Source: a virus
Taxonomy: Duplodnaviria; Caudoviricetes
IMG/VR virus record: IMGVR_UViG_3300010005_000043
Location: 1 to 32,191 of that record
DNA length: 32,191 nt
Reading direction: 5' to 3' (one strand)
Shown piece by piece: positions 25,814 to 32,191 of the stretch (the stretch's first letter is position 1; each line of letters begins with the position of its first letter). Under the pieces are notes generated by a model that was given only the letters and a program-made list of their open reading frames with translations, ran no database searches and was not told the DNA's origin. A program made the translations under genes and the position numbers.

Positions 25814-28321
25814 ATGGCAACTGACATTACCAGCGTTTTCAACAGCGTCTACCAAGATGGGCCTGATGGAGCGCCCTACGAGCCGCCTAAACCTGAAATC
25901 CGCAGTATTGTCGGACCAGCCATCCAGAATGCAGTTGATGAACTGCGTGCAATCGCAATCACATCACGGCAACTGAAGGATGATGTCGTTGTTGCGGTGT
26001 TCTCGAACGTCAACCTCTCCAATGGCTTGGTGAATGGTGACATCGTAAATGGCGTGACGCTCGTAACAGGCGACCGTGTGGCCCTTCTTGGCCAAACCGC
26101 CGGCGCAACGGAGACAAAGTCAGACGGCCGCACAAATTCTCCGTCGAACGGCGTCTATCTCGCAGTGGCGTCGGGGGCTTCCACCCGTTCCACCGACACC
26201 GATACTGGGGGCGAGATGTCGGGTGCTACTTTCTACGTGCGTGGCGGTACCGTAGGCAAAGGGACGACATGGTCGCTCGCGACCGCTGGCACTATCACGC
26301 TTGGAACTACGCCGCTCTTGTTTGTTCTCGCCGACGAGCAGAACACCAGCAAGCCCGGCGCCCTCGATGCGCTGCGCGCCAAGGCGAATGCGCAGGCGAC
26401 CGCCTCGTCGATGAACCTGACGACGGCGACCGGTGATCTTGTGCCGTGGACGGGGACGACAACGGTCAACAGCGTGACGCTCGGCGAATCGCTGCAGCGC
26501 CTCGTGATCGCGACGGACCCGTTCACCATCAATGTCAGCAGCACCCTCATCGGCGACAATGGCGGGCTGCCTGTGCAGGTGCGGCCGAACGACCTTCTGC
26601 ACTTCACCGGCGATACCGGATCAGTCGTGCGGTTCTCGCGCCTGGCGGCAGCGCGTGACGTCTTCGAAACACTGGACCCGGTAACCCTCTTTGGCAACAT
26701 GGACAGCGTCGGCCGTGCTGGCTTCGCCGTTCTTCGCCATGCTCGCGGCGGCTTTGTCCTGGTCGGCGGACAGGCTTCCGTGCTTTCTCCGGAGGATCGT
26801 CCCGGCGAGAAGGTGGTCGCATGGGCCGGTGCGGTCGACCAATTCGGCCGCCCGGTGATCTGGGCCGATCACAACGGCGGCATTCACACGAAAAGCGGGT
26901 CCATCTATCCGGGTGGCAGCTCCGGCGGCGGATCGTTTGACGAGAGCGAGATTTCGGCCTTCGACAGTTGGGCGCTGGCTCAGTCGGCGCTTGTGAAGGC
27001 AAATGGCAATCCCGGGCTCCAGCGCTTCGTCCCGGGCAAGGCGCATGTCGCACTCTATGGCCAGTCGCTTTCCGCTGACGCCGTCGGCCATCCCTTGCGC
27101 CACACGACCGCGCTCTATGATGCGATGATGCTCGGCAACAGCATCTATTCGAGCAGCGCGGCCAGCGCCAGCTTCCTGCCATTCGGCTCCAACGTGCTCA
27201 ACACCTACGCCGGAACCGTGCTCAACAGCGCGGGCAACGCACTGCTCGATGCAACACAGGTGGAGGCGCTGGACTGGATGGATGGTGCTTGCGGTTCCGA
27301 CCAGGCGACGGGCTTTGCCGACTTCGCCAAATTCCTGTGGCTCCAGCGCCAGTCGATGGGTAGCGATGCCAGCCGGCACTTCGTCATGACCTCGACGGGT
27401 CGGGGCGGGCGCAACATAGCCGAGCTGTCCAAGACGACGACGTTCTATGACCGGACGGTGGACGCGGCGAGCAAGATCAAGGCGCTCGATGCCGCCGCCT
27501 ATATGCTGGCTCTGCTCTGGACGCAGGGCGAGGCGAACGTCGGCGAGGGCACCACCCAAGCGGCCTACTATGCCGCTGCGCGGCAGCTCTTCGACGACTT
27601 CGACGCCGATATCGCCACGGCCGTCTACGCGCAGGCTCGCAAGCCGGTCAAGCTGCTACACCAGACCTCCAGCCGGTGGGTAACGGACGCCACCAATCAG
27701 GCCGTGCAGATGGCGCAGTTGCAGCTCGGCGAGGATTTCGGCGACGTTGTGGTGGTCGGGCCGACCTACCACTATCCCAACAAGACCGAGGCGGACGGGC
27801 ATCTCGACGCCAACGGCTACCTCTGGAAAGGGCTCGACCTCGCCAAGGTGCTCGACCGCGTCATCTACCAGGGCGAGGGCTGGCAGCCGCTCAAGGTCAT
27901 CAAGGCCGTTCGCCGCTCGAATGAAATCCTGCTGATGTACAACGTGCCGGCGCCGCCGCTGCAGTTCAAGGACGTGCTCGCGGGCTACGCGCTGACCAAC
28001 TACGCCAACCGCGGCTTCAAGGTGACGGATGGCGGCGGCGCGACCGTGGGCATTTCCTCCGTCGCGATCGTCGGCGATGCCACCATCCGGATCACGCTGT
28101 CCTCGGTGCCCTCCGGCACGCCCAAGGTCTGGTACGCCAGCCAGACCACGGCAGGGCAGGGCAACGTGTTCGACAGCGATGCGACGCCGGCAATCTACAA
28201 CTGGCTCTATCTGCCCTCGGCCGGCGATGACGCGGCGGTCAATGTCGCCTCGTACGTCGACAAGCCGTTCCCCCTGAACAATGCAGCCTGCGTCCAGACG
28301 ATTGACGCTGTCGTAGCCTAA
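25814..28321 (+). CDS. Tail fibre/spike with SGNH-type (sialate O-acetylesterase-like) domain
   Basis: ATG after GGAG; fibre motif GDRVALLGQT...NGVY; SGNH blocks YGQSL, GRGG, WTQGEAN, DGHLD. Confidence 0.75.
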   Translation: MATDITSVFNSVYQDGPDGAPYEPPKPEIRSIVGPAIQNAVDELRAIAITSRQLKDDVVVAVFSNVNLSNGLVNGDIVNGVTLVTGDRVALLGQTAGATETKSDGRTNSPSNGVYLAVASGASTRSTDTDTGGEMSGATFYVRGGTVGKGTTWSLATAGTITLGTTPLLFVLADEQNTSKPGALDALRAKANAQATASSMNLTTATGDLVPWTGTTTVNSVTLGESLQRLVIATDPFTINVSSTLIGDNGGLPVQVRPNDLLHFTGDTGSVVRFSRLAAARDVFETLDPVTLFGNMDSVGRAGFAVLRHARGGFVLVGGQASVLSPEDRPGEKVVAWAGAVDQFGRPVIWADHNGGIHTKSGSIYPGGSSGGGSFDESEISAFDSWALAQSALVKANGNPGLQRFVPGKAHVALYGQSLSADAVGHPLRHTTALYDAMMLGNSIYSSSAASASFLPFGSNVLNTYAGTVLNSAGNALLDATQVEALDWMDGACGSDQATGFADFAKFLWLQRQSMGSDASRHFVMTSTGRGGRNIAELSKTTTFYDRTVDAASKIKALDAAAYMLALLWTQGEANVGEGTTQAAYYAAARQLFDDFDADIATAVYAQARKPVKLLHQTSSRWVTDATNQAVQMAQLQLGEDFGDVVVVGPTYHYPNKTEADGHLDANGYLWKGLDLAKVLDRVIYQGEGWQPLKVIKAVRRSNEILLMYNVPAPPLQFKDVLAGYALTNYANRGFKVTDGGGATVGISSVAIVGDATIRITLSSVPSGTPKVWYASQTTAGQGNVFDSDATPAIYNWLYLPSAGDDAAVNVASYVDKPFPLNNAACVQTIDAVVA

Positions 28322-28333
28322 AGGAGACCACCC

Positions 28334-29089
28334 ATGGCAAATCAAGGCGCCCTGATCGGCCGCACGCTCGGGGCATCGTACGATGACAGCCCGACGATCT
28401 TCCCGGGGTTCAACAACGATTTCGGCGACGGGATGTACCTGTTTCAGGGCAACGAGGCGCAGGCGACACGCAACCGGGCGCCTGGCGGCGTTGGCACATC
28501 GCTCACAAAGGTCGGCGACGTCGTCTTCAACGGGGCCTACGTCTCGGGCGTGCCGATGTCGGCGTACTTCGAATCGCTCCATGCCGAGGTAGGGACCTAT
28601 ACCGCCTGGGGGATCATCGCATCCGACGATACCTTCGTCGGCGGGACACATCAGCCCGGGGTCTTCGGGAATTTCAACGGCTCCAGTGGATCGTCGATCT
28701 GGATCAACAACCACTCATCCTTGCCCGCGCCGGCCGCCCGGTTGCGGAACAACATGTATACGACAGGCGGCAACAACCAGGCCATCGTGAACGTCGTCGA
28801 CATGACGAAATGGACGTTCGTCGTTTCCAAGGTCTCCGCCAGCATCTCCAGGATCGAGGACAAGACAAACGGCTTCAGCGGCGATGCCGCCACACCGACG
28901 GGTACGCGCGTGCTCGCGGCCCGGAACATGCGGTTCCTTTCCACCTATTCGCCGTCTCTCACGGGAACGATCAAGGCCGCCGCGCTGGGCTATCTTCCGA
29001 GCCGCATCTTGACGGACGCGGAGATCAACGGGCTCTATGCGCTGATGAAAGCGTACATGGCCCAACCCGGCATCGGTATCACCATCTGA
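28334..29089 (+). CDS. Hypothetical beta-sandwich (LamG/ConA-like) virion-associated protein
   Basis: AAGGAG RBS; KWTFVV and RILTDAEINGLY pattern; follows tail spike. Confidence 0.55.
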   Translation: MANQGALIGRTLGASYDDSPTIFPGFNNDFGDGMYLFQGNEAQATRNRAPGGVGTSLTKVGDVVFNGAYVSGVPMSAYFESLHAEVGTYTAWGIIASDDTFVGGTHQPGVFGNFNGSSGSSIWINNHSSLPAPAARLRNNMYTTGGNNQAIVNVVDMTKWTFVVSKVSASISRIEDKTNGFSGDAATPTGTRVLAARNMRFLSTYSPSLTGTIKAAALGYLPSRILTDAEINGLYALMKAYMAQPGIGITI

Positions 29090-29128
29090 GGACAACCAAT
29101 TGCCACGACCCTGCAGGTGCAGTAGCCG

Positions 29129-29266
29129 CTAAAGCCCGAATAGGCCCGTCGCATAAAGGGCCAGCAAGGCGGGCAAAACAACCGTCGCCAATATCGCGGC
29201 GGCTCCCGTCAGCCACTTGATTGAATTCGCGCGTCGGGCGCGCTGCTCATCCCACTCATAGACCAT
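29129..29266 (-). CDS. Small single-pass membrane protein (45 aa)
   Basis: ATG after GGGAGG; MVYEWDEQRARRANSIKWLTGAAAILATVVLPALLALYATGLFGL. Confidence 0.65.
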   Translation of the reverse strand: MVYEWDEQRARRANSIKWLTGAAAILATVVLPALLALYATGLFGL

Positions 29267-29399
29267 CGGCACCTCCCGCCTCTGCCTGAAATCAACCACA
29301 GGCCGCAGGGTCTGTCGAGTCGTCCGAATGATATAGAAATTCGACAACCGCAAGCCGCACGCTCATCACACGGGAGGCGCCCGCCAAAGCCGGTTATGG

Positions 29400-29519
29400 T
29401 CAGATCCCGAAAAGTATCCAAGGCGGGATTCCTAGGATCAGGAGGCCGGCGACAACCAGCGCGCCCGCCGCCAGCAATGTGTGATCCTGCTCTTTCTGCT
29501 CCTGCGATCTGCCTTTCAT
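29400..29519 (-). CDS. Small single-pass membrane protein (39 aa), below ORF-track cutoff
   Basis: ATG after AGGAGG; MKGRSQEQKEQDHTLLAAGALVVAGLLILGIPPWILFGI. Confidence 0.6.
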   Translation of the reverse strand: MKGRSQEQKEQDHTLLAAGALVVAGLLILGIPPWILFGI

Positions 29520-29550
29520 AGCGGCCTCCTGCCAGCGTGATCGCCGCTCG

Positions 29551-29575
29551 AATTCACATCAGGCCGATTTGTTCC
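29551..29575 (-). promoter_or_regulatory. Putative EcfG/RpoE2 promoter
   Basis: Minus strand GGAAC-N18-TT upstream of the 39-aa ORF. Confidence 0.45.
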
Positions 29576-29734
29576 AGCTGCAACCTTCACACCAAAGGAA
29601 AACATCATGGCAAACCGCAAGCGCACCCCGCTTGAGGTCGTGAAAGCCATAAGCGATTGAGACCGGGGAGCTCGCGACTGCTCACCCGGTCTCTTTCACG
29701 GTCGCTCATTGGCATGCTTCGACCGCGCGCCAAT

Positions 29735-29759
29735 AACGCGCAAATGTAAAGTCAGTTCC
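29735..29759 (-). promoter_or_regulatory. Putative EcfG/RpoE2 promoter
   Basis: Minus strand GGAAC-N16-CGTT, the alphaproteobacterial general stress sigma consensus. Confidence 0.55.
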
Positions 29760-29827
29760 ACCATAAGGACACCCCATGACCACGACCCCGCGTGGCGGCG
29801 CGTCCCAGCGCGACCAGAAGGAGCCCC

Positions 29828-30655
29828 ATGGCTAGAGAAACCCTATCGACCGCCCTTGAGCTAATGTTTGGCCATGAGGGCGGCTATGTGAATGCCAAGA
29901 CCGACCGCGGCGGCCCGACCAAGTATGGCGTGACCCACAAGACCCTCGCAGCCCATCTTGGCGTCGCGTCTGTCACGGCCGAGCGCGTTAAGGCCATGAC
30001 CCTGGCGGAAGCGACTGCGATCTATCAGCGTTCGTACTGGTCGCAATCTGGCGGTGACGTGCTGCCGGCGGGCCTCGACTATGCGGCATTCGACTTCGGT
30101 GTAAACTCCGGACCGTCGCGCGCTGTGAAGTCCCTGCAGGCGGTGCTGGCTTTCAAGGGCGGCTATACCGGCAAGGTCGATGGACATATCGGCGAGCAGA
30201 CGCTTGCCGCTGTGAAGGCCTATCCTGGCGGCGTGCGCATGCTCATCATCGACTATTGCGAGGAGCGCATGCGGTTTCTGCGGTCTCTGGGCGGCAAGAC
30301 TGGCTTCTCGGCCAATGGCCGTGGCTGGACGATCCGCGTTACCGGCAAGGACCCAAAAGGCCAGTACAAGGCACAGCCCGGCGTCGTTGGCAATGCTCTC
30401 CGTCTTGCTGCGGCAAAGAAGCCGCTGGAGTCGCAGACGTCGGCTGGTAGCGCGAAAGCGGAAAGCCAGGACAAGGGCATCGGCGAAGTGCTGAAGAAGC
30501 CAGAAGCATGGGGACCGCTTGGCGGTCTCGTGTCGGCGATCGGGGCCATTGCTGCCGGTAGCGGGCCGGTGCAGTGGGCGCTGGCAGCTGCTGTGGTGGC
30601 TGGCGTGGCTTATGGCATCTACCGGCTGGTGAAGCGGGAGAGGGCCGATGCTTAA
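29828..30655 (+). CDS. GH108-family endolysin with C-terminal hydrophobic segments
   Basis: HEGGYVN...DRGGPTKYGVT, FDFGVNSG, GRGW..R motifs; AAGGAG RBS. Confidence 0.9.
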   Translation: MARETLSTALELMFGHEGGYVNAKTDRGGPTKYGVTHKTLAAHLGVASVTAERVKAMTLAEATAIYQRSYWSQSGGDVLPAGLDYAAFDFGVNSGPSRAVKSLQAVLAFKGGYTGKVDGHIGEQTLAAVKAYPGGVRMLIIDYCEERMRFLRSLGGKTGFSANGRGWTIRVTGKDPKGQYKAQPGVVGNALRLAAAKKPLESQTSAGSAKAESQDKGIGEVLKKPEAWGPLGGLVSAIGAIAAGSGPVQWALAAAVVAGVAYGIYRLVKRERADA

Positions 30656-30737
30656 TCAAGAATACCGCGGGGTCGAGAGCCAGTCGTCGGTTAGCACGAT
30701 GAAACTATCCTTGGCGGCCGGCAACGCCCAAGAGGTG

Positions 30738-30956
30738 TTAGCGGCGCTTTGCCATGCGGCGCAGAGCCTTCCGGGTTTCTGCGACGCTCTTCTGGACCTC
30801 TTCGAGATCGGCGAGGAGCCTTTCGTTATCGAGCTTGACCGTCTCGTCGCATCCCGCGCAGACGAAGTCGTCATGCGCCTTTATCCAAGCGATAGTCTGC
30901 TCCGTCTTGTGGCCGCATTTCGGGCAAGGCAACCCGAACTTTTTTCCGTCGAGCAT
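30738..30956 (-). CDS. Small zinc-ribbon protein (moron)
   Basis: ATG after AGGAGG; CPKC...CAGC followed by a charged helix. Confidence 0.75.
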   Translation of the reverse strand: MLDGKKFGLPCPKCGHKTEQTIAWIKAHDDFVCAGCDETVKLDNERLLADLEEVQKSVAETRKALRRMAKRR

Positions 30957-31009
30957 TTTCCCCTCCTGGTTGACGAAGGCGATATCAACACGATCCAAGG
31001 GGATACGCA

Positions 31010-31264
31010 ATGCTGGCAATAGCATCGGGCCTATGGTCCCGCCTTTCGGGATATGCCGCTGCCATCGGCGTCGCGCTCGCGGTCATCGCGGGCGCCTTTC
31101 TCTATGGGCGGTCCGACGGCAAGGCCGACGCTGAAGCCGAACAGGCCCGCAACAATGCAAAAGCAATCAAGAAGGCGAGGGGCGTCGAAGATGCAGTTCA
31201 GGGTATGGGCAGCGCTGATGTTGACGCTGGTCTCGCTAAGTGGATGCGTGACGGCAAGCGGTAA
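31010..31264 (+). CDS. Putative inner-membrane spanin (Rz-like)
   Basis: N-terminal TM segment, then helical periplasmic part; overlapped by a lipoprotein ORF. Confidence 0.65.
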   Translation: MLAIASGLWSRLSGYAAAIGVALAVIAGAFLYGRSDGKADAEAEQARNNAKAIKKARGVEDAVQGMGSADVDAGLAKWMRDGKR

Positions 31265-31385
31265 TTTCTGCGACGTCGCGCGGGCCGTGCGCCCCAGCGT
31301 GGAAGACAAAATGACAGAAGAGACGAAGCGGCAGATCCTGCGCGAGAACGAAAAGCTGGCAAAGCTTTGCGGGGTGGTGCCGTGA
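31191..31385 (+). CDS. Putative outer-membrane spanin lipoprotein (Rz1-like)
   Basis: MQFRVWAALMLTLVSLSG-C lipobox; two further Cys; overlaps the i-spanin. Confidence 0.7.
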   Translation: MQFRVWAALMLTLVSLSGCVTASGNFCDVARAVRPSVEDKMTEETKRQILRENEKLAKLCGVVP

Positions 31386-31696
31386 CGCCAGAAATTCTAA
31401 CTGGACTGCTTGGCCTTGTCACGCTGGTCGGCGCTGCCTTCGGGTATTGGCGCTATTTCGAATCGCGCGTTGCCGGCGCCAAGGACCGAGCAGACAAGGT
31501 CGCTGAAGACCTAGCGGCGCATCGCCTGCATACAGCCGAGACCTACGTCACAAAGTCAGGCATGCGAGAAATCAAGGATGAAATCTTGGGTGCCGTATCC
31601 GGCATCCGGGACGACGTTCGCCATCTGGCCACCCGCATCGACGGAATGCATGAGGCGGCCAATAAGGCAAAGCCCGTAACTAGACGCACTTCCTGA
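31382..31696 (+). CDS. Membrane-anchored coiled-coil protein, possible holin
   Basis: GTGA overlap; one N-terminal TM helix; last gene before terminator. Confidence 0.55.
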   Translation: MTPEILTGLLGLVTLVGAAFGYWRYFESRVAGAKDRADKVAEDLAAHRLHTAETYVTKSGMREIKDEILGAVSGIRDDVRHLATRIDGMHEAANKAKPVTRRTS

Positions 31697-31699
31697 TCC

Positions 31700-31735
31700 A
31701 GCCCCCTCTGCCTCACGGTGGAGGGGGCTATTTTT
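31700..31735 (+). terminator. Intrinsic terminator ending the late operon
   Basis: AGCCCCCTCTGCC-TCAC-GGTGGAGGGGGCT then ATTTTT. Confidence 0.8.
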
Positions 31736-31782
31736 GTTGCTGAATATATGCTTAACAACGGGAGCTGCTCAAAAGCGCGCCC

Positions 31783-31962
31783 TTGTCACTTGGGGTGGGC
31801 AAATCGCGGCCACGCCTCGGCGTCGTCAACTGGCCGCTGCCACCCGACGAGATCGCCGCGCAGCATGCCGCTGCCTTCTTGATCGGCGTTTCGGCCATGT
31901 GGATCAGCGATGCGCTGTTCGAGTTCGTCGTTAGGCGCTTCAAGTCGGCCGGAGGGGAGTGA
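31783..31962 (+). pseudogene. Possible truncated holin-like membrane protein remnant
   Basis: Frame encodes WPLPPDEIAAQHAAAFLIGVSAMWISDALFEFVVRRFK without a good start or RBS. Confidence 0.35.
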
Positions 31963-31975
31963 GGAGATGAAAGCT

Positions 31976-32191
31976 TCACCACTCTGCATCCGGGTTCCGG
32001 ATGAACAGCGGCACCTCAGCATTTGGACCTCCTGCGGCTCGAAGTATGTCCATGCATCGCTTGCGCTCTTGCTCGATGCCGTCCAACACCATTTCGACTG
32101 GATCCTTTTGACCGCGCGCCAAATGTTTCGCTGTTATAGCCCACGCCGTTTTGTGAGACGATGTACGAAAGATTCTCGTCGTGCCTTCCAC
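31976..32191 (-). CDS. Hypothetical protein (start at window edge)
   Basis: 71-aa ORF; window ends exactly at its GTG. Confidence 0.55.
   Translation of the reverse strand: MEGTTRIFRTSSHKTAWAITAKHLARGQKDPVEMVLDGIEQERKRCMDILRAAGGPNAEVPLFIRNPDAEW

Larger units (their letters stand above)
1..32191 (+). mobile_element. Temperate siphovirus-like prophage (integrase to lysis cassette); ends/att sites lie outside or at the window edges
   Basis: Ordered integrase, replication, packaging, HK97-type head, non-contractile tail and lysis genes. Confidence 0.95.

Noticed and set aside
21133-28714. Long minus-strand ORFs across the tail genes
   Set aside because: Fully overlap well-supported + strand genes; low-complexity translations
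23163-29089. Diversity-generating retroelement or invertible tail-fibre cassette
   Set aside because: No reverse transcriptase or invertase, and no template/variable repeat pair noticed

Overview
The whole window is one compact (~32 kb) temperate siphovirus-type prophage, most likely from a Rhizobiales alphaproteobacterium (inferred from promoter motifs and RcGTA-like tail genes). Almost all genes are on the + strand. The early module is satellite-like: P4-type tyrosine integrase, AlpA, primase-RepA helicase and an iteron-rich putative origin, with no recognisable CI/Cro repressor. It is followed by a putative late regulator, a ~700-nt highly structured non-coding region ending in a terminator and an atypical tRNA-Trp, then HNH/terminase/portal/protease/HK97 capsid, neck and tail genes (with a -1 frameshift chaperone), a tape measure with a lysozyme-like insert, an esterase-bearing tail spike and a GH108/spanin lysis cassette interrupted by small minus-strand morons. 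The two most unusual signals are (i) repeated ssrA(tmRNA)-tag-like motifs in phage proteins (ANDN/ANDEN plus C-terminal Ala-Ala), including a near-complete tag mimic on the portal, and (ii) arrays of multi-branched RNA structures ahead of both the early and late operons. No att sites are visible. All product calls come from motif recognition and synteny, not database searches.
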